From Vicugna vicugna (Eukaryota): a DNA stretch of 64,000 nt. Each line of letters opens with the position of its first letter. Within the stretch, counting starts at the first letter, position 1. The DNA is taken from NCBI GenBank assembly GCA_013265495.1, contig MU057560.1, positions 2,912,909 to 2,976,908 of the forward strand, in the 5' to 3' direction. The translations under genes were made by a program, and so were the position numbers. Of this stretch, positions 25,201 through 37,948 are shown in pieces. The notes under the pieces are model-generated. The model was not told the origin of the DNA, made no database searches, and saw only the letters and a program-made list of their open reading frames with translations.

Positions 25201-26329
25201 CTGACGCGGGGTGCGGCCAGCAAGGGCGCTGTTCCTGCTGCTGACCTGTGTTGATAGGGGCGTATCCAAACCTGTTTCACCAGCAAAAGCTTTTTCTGAG
25301 GAGGCAGCACAAAACCCATAAGGGCAACACTGAGGCACCTGACATAGCTCCAAGTCAGCTGGTGTCTGCGAATCACGGTGCTTCCTTTCCTCATTAATAA
25401 GCCTTAGAAATTCCTCTTACTCTGGCTTGTTTAATCATAGAACAAAGAGTGCATTCCAAGATGGCAGTTAAGCAAAGCCAGCCTGAGGCGGGGGTCCATT
25501 TGAGGGTCCGTTTATTACTTGTACATTTTGCAGGACACACAGCAGTGACCAGGCGTGTTTGCGTGTTCCAGATACTCCTTTAGTGTTAAACAGAATGCGC
25601 CTCGGATGAAATGCAGAGGTTTCATCTAATTTTTAATGAGTTTTCCTAAGTTTTTCTGAGATTGATCACAGCCGATTCCCAGGTCACTTCCACCAGCTCC
25701 CCCAGATGCTCCCGCGGCTGTGGGCTGGACGGCCAGTCACAGACGCTGTCCGTGGGCCGTGGCTGCGCCAGCTCGCTCAGTCCTGTTTCTTCAGGCTTTC
25801 GGTCACCGCGTAGCTTCCCCCGCCCTCTCTCTCAGCCTGCTGAGACGCGTCTGAGAAATCACAGTTACCAGGTTTCATTTCTGAGTGTTTGCCAGGGCAT
25901 TCCTGTTGCTTCGCTGCGCACCCTGACAGGTTATCTCTCAGGTAGAAAACTCAAAACCGCTCTCAGCCCAGACACGTACTCCTGAACAGAAAGCCAGTGC
26001 CGCCCCTCCCTGCACCACCCTCAAGAACCTCGGCTTTGTCCTGCGCTGCCTGGACATCGCTGTGGGCATCATTTAAAAGCAATGGCTGTGACCATCTGCT
26101 TAAGAGCCCGCGACACGTAAAGTTCACAAGTGCTGAGAAAGCCTAGTCGTATGCTGAGCACATTATTATGCATCTGGTTGGGCTGCCCATAAACAAAGCC
26201 AATAAAAAGTAATTCTCAAACTTTAGACGTAATGAAAACTTAACATTTAAAGGTGCATTTACCGTATGTACTGGTTTCTTTGAACGTGCGTGAAGAAAGT
26301 GCATAGCTCACGGCAAGGATGTCCAAGGG

Positions 26330-27600
26330 CCCCCGTCTTCCTGCACGTTCTGTTTCCTTCACTTCCACACGGTCAGTGCGCCCGCAGGTGGTCCGGGGGT
26401 TCGGCCGTGCGACAAGCAGGGCTTGGCGGGCAGGCTGCTGCCGTCAGCGCTGGTGCAGCCGCACCTCGAGTGCTAGCCACGTTTCCCTCTTCTTTTCTGT
26501 CCTTGTCTTTAATTGTCTTTGCAGAGGCCCGCCAGGGGAGCTGCCACAACCCTCGCGGCACGCAGGACGCGGGGAAGGATGACGACAATGACGAGTACGA
26601 CAACTACGACGAGCTGGTGGCCAAGTCCCTGCTGAACCTGGGCAAGATCGCCGAGGACGCCGCCTTCCGCGCCCGGACCGAGTCCGAGATGAACAGCAGC
26701 ACCTCCCACAGCCTGGAGGACGAGGGCGACAAGCCCGAGGGCCTGGGCCGGAAGGCCGAGCTCAGCCTGGACCTGGACAGCGACGTGGTCCGCGAGACCG
26801 TGGACTCCCTGAAGCTGCTGGCCCAGGGCCACGGCGTGGTGCTGGCGGACAGCGCCGCCGACCGGGCCTACGCCGACCCGCTGGCACCGCCGGACGCGCG
26901 CGGCCTCAACTACGTGATGCTGGGCAAGCCGGCGGGCGGCGGGCTGGCCGAGAAGCTGGCGGAGGAGAGGGACGAGGAGGCGTGTCTGAGCAGCCTGGAG
27001 TGCCTGCGGAACCAGTGCTTCGACCTGGCCCGCAAGCTGAGCGAGACCGCCCCGCAGGACCGGCCCGCGCCGCCCAACCCCGGCCTCCGCCCGCTCGGCC
27101 GGCAGGAGGATGACTTCCCGGGCCGGACGCCCGACCGCAGCTATTCTGACATGGTGAACCTGATGCGGCTGGAGGAGCAGCTGAGCCCGCGCTCCAGAAC
27201 TTTCTCCAGCTGCGCCAGGGAGGACGGGTACCGCGGTGGGGACGACGACGCGGCCTCCGTGAACTCGGACCGGTCCGAGGAGGTGTTCGACATGACCAAG
27301 GGGAACCTGACCCTCCTGGAGAAGGCCATCGCTCTGGAGACGGAGCGGGCCAAGGCCATGAGGGAGAAGATGGCGCTGGAGGCTGGAAGGCGGGACAGCA
27401 TGAGGTCCTACGAGGACCAGTCGCCACGACCGCTCCCCGGGGAGGAGAGGAAGCCGAAGGCAGGCGACAGCCACGTCAAAAAGCCATACTATGGTAAAGG
27501 TAATATTTCTACCTCACGTAAGTTGCCTCACGAGACCGTGAGCTAGCGAGGCAGGTGAGCGCAGGCTCGAGAGAGGCCGCCCGCCCCACACTGCACCGTC
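26330..27600. other. Intragenic CpG-rich island over the large exon
   Basis: Dense CG dinucleotides and very high GC by inspection; observed/expected ratio not computed. Confidence 0.7.
26525..27499 (+). CDS. MYT1L: MYT1L large coding exon (about exon 10), with an alternative donor after 27493
   Basis: Acceptor ttgtctttgcag|AG GCC, donor AAA G|gtaata; 975 nt; translates (E)ARQGSCHN...[20 protein letters not shown]...HVKKPYYGK; phase fits both neighbours. Confidence 0.96.
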
Positions 27601-30600
27601 ACTCATGCATGCGTCTCAGCGTTGACTCCAGGTCTCTCGTTTGTGGTTATGCTTCTGACGCACAAGTCAAACGTCCATCTGAGAAATGCAGAAAGCAGCC
27701 CGAAGTCCCGTAGTCAGAGCGGGTGGACAGGGGGCTGGGTCCGTGGGAAAGGCTTGTTGGGGAAGGAGGGCCCAGGCAGAGGTGCGGCGTGTGATGCGTG
27801 TTGTCAGGACCAGCCTGGGTCCTCACAGAGAAGCCCCAGCCTGGGAGCCGTGGCCGGGGCTCACGTGACAACCAGTCCCCTGGGGTGAAGCACAGATTCC
27901 ACCCACTGCGTTGAGGCGGTGGCACCGTGGTTCACAAAGTTACCAGCACGTGGCAGTCACTGGTGAGAACTCCCCACAGGAAGTACCCCCGACAGAAACC
28001 GACCAGCGACGGAAGGCGAGGCAGGCGACCGCGCGTCGGCGCCCTGAGACAGGAAGCCGCGCGGCCCTGCGGCGCCCGCAAGGCGGCCCGGGCCAAGCAC
28101 GGCGGCCGTCTCCTTAGTTCTCACCCCCGATCCGTCCGTGGTGGAAACAGCCACGGTGCTTGCTTTATGGTCAGACCCTCAGAGCCGCCCGCCGTGGTAG
28201 CTGCACCCAGGTCTTCCCCGGCAGGGGACGCGGCACAGGTCTGCACGCGTCTGTGGGTTTAGCCGCATCCAGACACGGCAGGCATGTGTGTTTCCAGCCT
28301 GAGCGGCTGCTTCGTGTTTCCAGGGTCAGTCATGTGTCCCCGCTCAGCAGGAGGTGGAATGTGATTCAACCTCGGGCGGGACCTTGGCAATGTGGGTGTT
28401 CCAGAGTGAAGTGAGAAGCAAGAAGTTGGTGGTTCTTAAATCTTTCCAAATTAGTACCAAAAGGACCTCCTGTTCTGCACATTGCTCCACGAATACTGTT
28501 TCCTGATCATGAGGGTCAGGATTGTGGTTTGAAAATCGACTGCTGCGCAAACGCCCAGCAGTCAGAGCCTCTTTTCCCTGCTGTGACGTCGGCGGGCTCT
28601 CCTCTCAGTGTGTGCACACACCTCCAGGGGCAAGTCAGGCCTCGCTCTCACCAAACCCCGATCGGAGGCGAGCCTTAGCCAGAGGCCCCTGGGCTCCCCG
28701 TGCGGCAGAGCTCGGTGCTGACCGTCGCTTCCCCAGGCAGGTGCAGGGCAGACCCCGCGAGGTGCAGCGTGCAGGGCAGGGCCGCTTCGCAGTGGCGCTC
28801 CAGGCTTGCTGTGGGTGTTTGAGGACCAGGAGCCTCAGCGTGTGTGTGTAACTGCCCTGCCACCTCTGAGGGCTCTCTAGCTGGGTGTCTGAGAATCACA
28901 CGGGAACTAAACACGTTTAGGAGGACGTGGTGTCCCTTCTCACGGGACGGCTCGGGTGGACAAGCACATCCAGCTTCTGTCTGGAGGTCTGCAGAGTGGG
29001 CTTCAGGACGGAGTCTCGGCCTTGAGGAGCACAGGCCCACTTTCCGGGGAGGCCGCGGGCTCGCCGAGGGGGCGACACTGCGGTGCCACCTTGGATTCTG
29101 TTGTTCCTTCGCACCCAGCAGCTCGCTATAGATTTTTACTCATTTTGTTTTGCTATTGTTATTCTGTTGTACTTTGTTTTTGGCAAGAAGTGGAATTCAA
29201 ATCGCTTGCTTCCCCTAAATGAACAGGAACAGGATGAAAACGAACAGTAAAACCCCAAACCGAGGTGTGCTCTTCCCCTGGAATGGGGAAGGGCTGGGGC
29301 TTTGGACTTCCTGCGTGAGCTGGGAGGCACGGCTTCTGCCTCGCCCCAGTGCTTCCGGACCCCTCCTCTGGTCAAAGCCCACCTCTGCTTCTCAGCGGTG
29401 CGCTCACATCACTCCCCAGGTTCTTTTCAGACGTCTATAGTTATTTTCAGAACCAAGTCAGTAAAGCCAAGCAAGGACACCAAAGGGCGGCAAAGAGATT
29501 AACGCCCTCCTTATTAAAATAAAAAAAAAGTGTGTCCTCCCTTACCAGCATGGCCGCGGACAGCTCCCCCGACCACAAGGCACACCCACCATCTGTCCTC
29601 AGCTTCCCTGCTATTGTGTTAAAGACAGAACATTCACTCCAGTTCTCTCCTACACATTTATATCTTCTCGAAGTGATGTAAGTTCTACCTGAGTAGCCGT
29701 TCCAAAATCTGGAGCAAAACCAAACTTCATCCTGCATTCTTCTCCTCAAGCATCTACTCGAAAGGGAGGAAGGGGAGGGAGCAAGCTAAACGAGTTTTTC
29801 TAGATGTCACCAGGTTTTCAGTTGAATTGTTGCTTTGTTTGCTTGCTTGCTTCCTTGTTTGATGTTTGCTCAGATAATTTGCTTTCAAGATGAATCGGGG
29901 CTGCAAGAAGTAAGAAGCGGAGGGAAGGAATGATGAAAGCAAATGGCACACCACCCCAGGGGGCTCATGCACCCAGAGGAGAGGGCACCCTCAGTGTCTC
30001 CAAAATTGTGGGACCTGCAGCCACACAGTCTTTACACAGATCTGCACCCAACCTCTGGACACTTTCCAAATCTGTGCAATAATATAATTTGGTAGGAAGT
30101 TGTCAGTATGCTCTTGAAAAAGAGTCAATGATTAATAATAGTTATAAGCTATTTTTTCACCCTTTAAAAGTTCTTTATGTCTGGTTTATGATTTTAAATT
30201 GTATCTCATTTATGACCTTAAGTGATCAATATTTTCCTTTGAAACTGCTACTGCGCACTTCCTAACTTATGTTCACAGTAGGTAAATTGTGCCCACGCGA
30301 CTGGAATTGCTCAGAAGGCACTGGCACACCAGCCCCTTGACTGGACGTGCAGCAGCCGCCCCAGGAAGAGCCTGAGGAACGGAAGTCGCCACCAGCCGCA
30401 AGGCTTAGGTTTGCCTCCAGACAGGCTTGCCTGCAAACAGGGCTAGGAAGGAGCTGAGCGCCGCGCCCAGGGCATCTCCCTCAACGCCCGCACGGGCTTG
30501 AGAGATTCCAGGACCCGGAAGACACATCTTTCAGGACAGAATGTTGGAGAAAATTGCAAGGAGGGGTTTTTATATAAACGTAAATCCTTCATATATTCCC

Positions 30601-31800
30601 ATGAGTCCTCCGTCTGTTTCAGGTTCACATGAATGACTTGAGAAGAAAGCCCCAAAAAGTTTCAAAATTTTTAAACCAATCTTTTTTCTTGATATAAAAT
30701 GAATCCCTAACCAAAAGGAAACATGTATTTTCTAGCCACCGTAATTAGCCTGAGCAGTGAGACAGCAATAAAAAGCACTGAGGCCCTGCAGAAACTCCGA
30801 CGGCGGCGCCCCTAGACCAGACCCGCCGCAGTCCCTCCCCGTCGACGGGCGGCCTGCGCGCCTGGGTCTGACGCGGCTGCGAGGTGGTGTCCACACACCT
30901 CTCCCTTTGGTCTGGGCTCTGCCTTAGCAGTTGTTTCTGGGCTGGTTTCCTGCACATCTTTGAACCTGTGGTCAGTCTGGGGACAGAAGTAATTTTGTTA
31001 GCCGTGTCATTGCCTTGCTGGCACCTGGCATTCGAGTTTTGCCCAAATGCCTGCTGCCCCTCCCCGTCGGTGCTCAGGGGCCCATGGGGCTGCTAGAAGC
31101 ATCTTGCATGCACAGCTGCGAGAGCCTTCCTCTGGTTCCAAGGACAGACGAAGAGACCAAAACCAGTGACCGCTCCAGCAGCTTCCGGCACAGTTTTGAC
31201 TGCCCGTCTCCTCTGTCGGGTGGGGTCTCCACCGTTGGGCCATCTGCTTGCAGTGCCTTCTGAGAGTTCAGCTTGTCTTCAGAAAAGCGCTGAATTGGTT
31301 TGCTAAGAGACAGAGCTGCAAGAGAATTCAATTCATTTCAGGAAAATTCTGCAGCTTAGAGTGTGTACAATCAGTTCTCTCAGTAAGAAAGAAATTCTGC
31401 GCCAGAGTGTTTGGCGTTACGTTTTCTGGTCGAATTTCACGGAGCCGTTGCCGAACGGCCATGGAAACACTTTGTTCTCTGAGAAGGCCACTGTCTCATC
31501 ACAATTTCCATTGACTCTGAGCAGCAGAGCTCCCCATGTAACACACGGGAAAATAATGAGTCAGAGTTCTGGTAGGGACGGCCTCTTCTTGCTTGAACGC
31601 AGAGAGTGTTGGAAATGTGTTATGATTCATGATTACCATTTAAGGTAAAACATTCACCCCCAATCAGCAAGCCACCTGCGCCAAAGCCTGACGTCACAGT
31701 CCGCCCCCGACACCTGCTTTATGTCTTTATTTATCAGAGTCTCTTTGGATTGTTGAATAACCACGTTTGTCTTCAGCTGGTAAAACATTCACTCTCTTGA

Positions 31801-32430
<630 letters not shown>

Positions 32431-33169
32431 TAGACCCTTTTTCATGTCATGGTCGTCTCAACATTTCTACACAACAAAATCCTAAATGAGGAGGTCTAAA
32501 TTGGGTAGGTTTTGACCTTACACTTCATTTTAGTTAGGTTTTAAGACTATGCATGACCTTTATGAAAAAGCTACATTTCTCTGAGAACTGAAACAACGCA
32601 CACATTCGTCCTCACCTTTCCCTCAGCCCGTAACACACGCCCACTGTTCCAGTCCAGCTAGAGTTGACGGCTCAGAAAAAAGGTCCATTTTCAGAAATGA
32701 CGACCTGAGTGCAAGATCGTGATTCTGAGTCTGGGGTCCGTGAAGGGTGCTCCTCGCTCTGTGGGGCGCAGTTTCTAGTGGGGAAAAAAGTCAGAGTTCG
32801 ACAGGAGGTGTGACCACGGCCACCTTCTGAGGGTGGTCCCACCTGGAAGGCCACCCTGATGGATCCCGTGAACAGAGAGCAGTGCACAGTGGTAGTCGAG
32901 GCTTAGAAAGCCATCTGGCTGAAAGAGTGTTTTCAGGTGAGACCTCAGTGGAAGCGATCGTGGCTCCAGGTCTTCGAGGGCCTCCCGGAACCCTGTGCTT
33001 CTTGCTACGGTCCTGCGGGTGGGAGCTGGCCGGGCTGTGAGTGCCAGGCCCGGGGAGCCCGGCTGAGCCCGTGTGTTACATGAGCAGGAGGCAGCACGCT
33101 TCCCCTGCAGCCGCTTCCGTCCCGAGCGCACCCTCTGCCGGGCGCCCGGCCCCCACCCGGCAAGCACGG

Positions 33170-33242
33170 CCTCACCGAGCCCCCGCGGACCCTGCGGGGT
33201 GGTACCGGCCCCGTTTTCAGATGAGCAATCTGAAGCCCAGAC
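33170..33242 (-). mobile_element. MIR fragment, strongly GC-shifted
   Basis: cctcaccgagcccccgcggaccctgcggggtggtaccggccccgttttcagatgagcaatctgaagcccaga aligns to the antisense MIR core. Confidence 0.6.
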
Positions 33243-33390
33243 TCTCAGCCTCCTCTTCCCCGGGGTGCGCAGTGCTTTGTGAACCCGTGGCAGGCGCTCC
33301 CTCGCTGAGCAGAGAGCAGAGCTGAGCCCGAAGCCCGCGCTGTCCCACTTGCACGCCCGCCTGTCTCCGCGGAGGCCTGCGTGTGACGTT

Positions 33391-33469
33391 CCGGGTCAGT
33401 GCTAACGAGCTGTGTGAGGCTGGGCAGGTGCACGCTCTGCACTTCGTGGTCCTCATCTACCGAGCAAGG
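33391..33469 (+). mobile_element. MIR fragment
   Basis: gctaacgagctgtgtgaggctgggcaggtgcacgctctgcacttcgtggtcctcatctac resembles MIR cttactagctgtgtgaccttgggcaag...cagtttcctcatct. Confidence 0.55.
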
Positions 33470-34249
33470 CCTGAGGACCAGGCACTAACGTTTAAGAAGG
33501 AAGAGCTTTATGCAGTTTTCCTTTGAGGCATCGGAGTAGGCTAGCAGCTCCCTCCCATGGCTGAGCGCCCTCCTCACTCCGTGTTTTCTCCAGAAAAGTC
33601 TAAACACAGTGAAACCCGGCCTGTGCCCCAACACGCTGCTCCTGGTACCTGCTCACACAGACCCCGGGGTCAGGTCATGCCGGGCCTCACCTTCACCCAC
33701 GTAACGTGGGCATTCAGCTCTGCCCCTAGTCCTGCAGGTGCCTTCCAGAGTATCTCTAAAAGTCATTTCTAAAGACTGACTCATGGGATTTTTTATAGCA
33801 CCATAAAAGTGTGCAAAAACTTAAAGGGCTCCGTAGAAGGCACGTCTGTCCTTTTCTCCTTTTTGTTTTTTTAGCTTGTTTAGGCTGGCTTCCCCCAGTC
33901 ATTTCTGTCCAAATTCAGCCAAGTAGCCTCCACCCCAGTTTGCAACACATGGTGTCAGAGACACAGAGGACACACTGCTGATGAGACCAGCCCTGGTCCC
34001 CCAAGAACCCCCTGCCCACCTGAGAAAGGGGGCACACGCACAAGACAGTGACCGCGTGTGACCGAGGGCCAGTGCGTGCCGGGGCCTTCAGGCAGGACCG
34101 CCCCGGAGGGGCCCGCGGGCATCCCTGGGGCAGCGGCTGAGCTGGTCCGTGGGAGAGAGCAAGCCCCCACTGCGCTTTCTGAAAGCTGTGCGGATAGTCT
34201 GCACAGGAGACCAGGGGGTGGGGTGGGGGCGGGGAGTAGGCAGTGGGAT

Positions 34250-34700
34250 GGAAAGTCTGGGACAGACTCGAGGAACCTTCCGAGACAGGCTGACAGGACG
34301 TGAGGATGAGACAGGGAGGGAGGCCAGGAAGACACCAAGGAGTCTCCCTGGGTAGATGGTCAGGATGGTAAACCGACAGCCGAGGGCAGACTGCAGAAGC
34401 AGGGCCACATCTAATGGGGTAGTGAGGGCTCCAGTGTCTCCAGTTTAACCCGGGATCTCTGTGTGTTATCCCAGCAGGCGGCCGGGCCAGCCTGGAGACC
34501 TGAGGAGGGTGGGGCCGCCGGACTCTGTCCTCTGAGCCGTGTCGGGGAAACGGGGCGCAGTTGCCCGGGCGGAAAGGGGACCCAGATGGAGGGTGGGCAG
34601 GAGCCCAGACAGGAGGTGTGGACACAGAAGAGGAGGGGCAGGCAGGAGAAGTCTGAGGGGATTTCCAGAAGGTTCTGCAGGTGCAGGGGTGCCTGTGGAA
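34250..34700 (-). mobile_element. L2 LINE remnant, antisense
   Basis: Purine-rich stretch (gggaggccaggaagacaccaagg...gggtagatggt...cctggagacctgaggagggtgggg) resembles antisense L2; boundaries approximate. Confidence 0.45.
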
Positions 34701-36092
34701 GAGGTCTGGTGGGGGGAGCTGTGCACAGCAGGCCTGACGGCTGCATGGAGGAGCCAGAGGGCCGTGTGGACACGGGCGGCAGTGTGCATCCCCGGGACCG
34801 GCCCCCGGGGTTAGGCCGGGGCCGGTAGAGAGGGCCGGCCTCACCGCAGGCAAGCTCGGGGGTGTGGGCCACCTCCAGGGAAGATTTGGTATTTGAAGAG
34901 TTTAGCATGAGAGGGAAGGAAAGACAGATATTAACTTGGGGGAAGCTGAGTCCCCGGGAGGGCTTACCGAGGCGCTGAGAGGGTGGCAGGGCAGCCGGGA
35001 GGACTTCAGAGGGTGACCTGGCCCTGAAGACATGGGAAGGGGAGGAAGGGATGCCCCGGCAGGAGACCCTGAAACCCAGGCCAGCTGGGTCCCAGCGCGG
35101 AGCAAGTGGAGCTGACGGTGCATCGACCCCGTTGGGTGATGGGGCTGTGACAGCTACAGAGACGAGACCAAAGCGGACCTGACCGCAGGGAGGACCGGGG
35201 TGTGGACCCCAGCAGTGACGGCATCGTGTGGAAGCAGGAGGGAGACTTCGGTGGGGGGAGAGGCTGTTCTAGAGACGAGAGAAATCGCAGAAACCATAAC
35301 TAGCTTGGGCGGAGTGTGTCTCGTGGGCCCTTATCGCTCACCTGGGGCCAGGTAAACCTTGCGGGCAGAGAAGGACCGAGGTCGTCCCCTGGATTTCGTA
35401 GACAGCTGTGCCTGGGTTAGGTCTCCTGACCGGCCAGCACTGCTTGCCCCCAGCCCAGCCATCCCCACAACCCAGAGCAGTGGAGAGGTCCCCAAGGACA
35501 GGAGAGAAGGGACAGGCTCGTTGCCACCACGGGGACACAAACACAGTCTCCCGACACAGGCGGCGGCTTCCTGTCTCTGCACACCGGGCCCTGCCGCCTC
35601 CCCCTCGCTGGTTTCACGCGGTGGCCCGCAGTGCGTTGTCTCTCCTCTGCTGTGTGAAGAATGAAGTACTTAATTCCTAAGTGAAAAGTCATTTATTTTA
35701 CTCGAAAGGAAGACCCACCCGTGACCACCGTGCCTGCACAGCGCTGTGTTTCAGGGCGCAGGCAATGCTTTAAGTGTCTCCAGTCGATGTGATGTTACGT
35801 GGCCAGTCAGTGCACAGTGCTTCCTCCAGGAGACGTGGCGGGGCCTCGCCCTCCTACCCCGGCGGGGTCGGTTCTGCCCCCCCAGCCCCCCCCGCCCAGC
35901 TCCCCGCTTTGCATGCCAGTTAGAGTGAGGGTGAGGCAGCCTTCCTCCCACCGTGTGTGTCCCCCCCATGCCATGACCAGTGTTCGTAGGACCGTCTGTT
36001 GTAAAGTAACCAGCCTGTGTTAAGATGAGCGCGTGTTCTTGTCCTCGGACCACTGCTGTGTTTTAACGCTGGGCTGTTTTCTCCTCGTCAAG

Positions 36093-36183
36093 TTCTTGCC
36101 ATGCATGAGAACGTTCTCAAGTGTCCTACTCCGGGCTGCACAGGGCGAGGGCATGTTAATAGCAACAGGAACTCGCACCGAAG
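36093..36183 (+). CDS. MYT1L: MYT1L coding exon (about exon 12): first part of zinc finger 3
   Basis: Acceptor tttctcctcgtcaag|TT CTT GCC ATG, donor CGA AG|gtaagc; 91 nt; (I)[29 protein letters not shown](S). The supplied ORF track does not show this frame. Confidence 0.95.
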
Positions 36184-37483
36184 GTAAGCAGAGCTCCTGC
36201 GTCTCGGCTTTGGCGCGCAGACCCCGGCGGCCGTGCTCCCGCGCCCTCCGGAGGGGCTGGCCCCTGCACAGCCCCTTCCCGCCCCGAGACAGGCGTCCTC
36301 GCTGCCGCTCTGGGGGGCAGAGCCGAGCCGTCCCGGCTGCACGGCACGCCCAGTGCTCACACCCCTCTTGGCAGGTTGGACTTCTTGGTGGTTCGCCCAC
36401 CTGGTGGTGGTGGAGCGGCAGCCCCCAGCAGGGCCCTCCCCAGGGTGGCAGCCCGGGTGGCACCCTAGCCGCTTGCAGTGACCTGAAGGAAGGAAGGAAG
36501 AGCTCCGTCACCTTCTAGGGGTTGGAGGGCCCGTCCTGGGTGCATCCGGCAGGACAGACATTAGCAAACAGTACGACTGAACGGTGTCTGACCCCACTCG
36601 GCTGGCCCCTTGACCCGCTGCCGAAGCGCTGGTCGTCAGGGTGGCCGCCACCCAAGTGCCAGCAGACGTGCCAGGTGCTGGCGGGGAACACCTGCAGGAC
36701 GTAGACCAGTCTGGGCTGCTGCTAGAAACGCACATGCTTAGAGCCACGCTCTTGCCCAGTTCTCTCTCCTGTCTTATTCTTTCACCGAGTTACTTAGAAC
36801 ACTCAGTTCCTATCAGACGCTTTTTTCTCAGAAGCCTGAAGTGATTCTGTTAATTTTTTTTCTACTGCCTATAGTTTCTGCTTCACAAGTTTATGTAAAA
36901 TTACATCTAAACAGAGGAACCTGTTGTAAGTGTCACTTTAATTTTTGCTTGTCTGGTAAGTGTGGTGACTTGTGACAAGTGTGCCGTGGAGGAAGCCATG
37001 AGCCTGTGCCCTTCAGAGGTTTTTCTGGGCTTCCTCTAAAAAGGCACTTGCCGGATGGAGGGTCCCACTGAGGCTGCTCACAGGGCTGGTGACGTCCGCT
37101 CCTCCACCAAACCTCCGCAGAGTCTGAGGCGTCGTGGGCGTGAATTGAGCACCTGTACCCCGTGTACCCCATGGTTTCCTGAAAAATCAGCTCAAACACA
37201 AAAGAGCAAATCTGTCGTCTCTCCCATAAGCACTTAGTCACAGAGGATGCCTGACGGCAGCCTGAGACCATTCTGCTTTCCCCCCACTCCTCTTCCCTTC
37301 CTGGGGACGCGGACGTGCTGGTCAGCCCATGGGCCGCCACGCTGGGGCCAGCAGCTCCGCGCCACCTCTCGGGCTCCTTGGGGACCCCTCCTACCCACAC
37401 AGTTAATTCCTCCTCTCCAGAAACTACGGGCCTCCCAGAACGGAATCTGTGTGTAAATTTTCAACTGGCTTGTCGTCCCTTGA

Positions 37484-37948
<465 letters not shown>

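Noticed and set aside
26509-27474. 321-aa antisense ORF over the large exon
   Set aside because: Expected by-product of near-total G/C third positions: sense TTA, CTA and TCA codons are avoided, so antisense stops vanish. No recognisable protein.
26290-27546. 418-aa ORF as a single-exon gene
   Set aside because: It is the 975-nt exon plus read-through into both introns; the splice sites define the true limits.
33915-34853. 312-aa minus-strand ORF
   Set aside because: GC-rich, overlaps an L2-like remnant and has no recognisable domain; long chance ORFs are common at this GC content.
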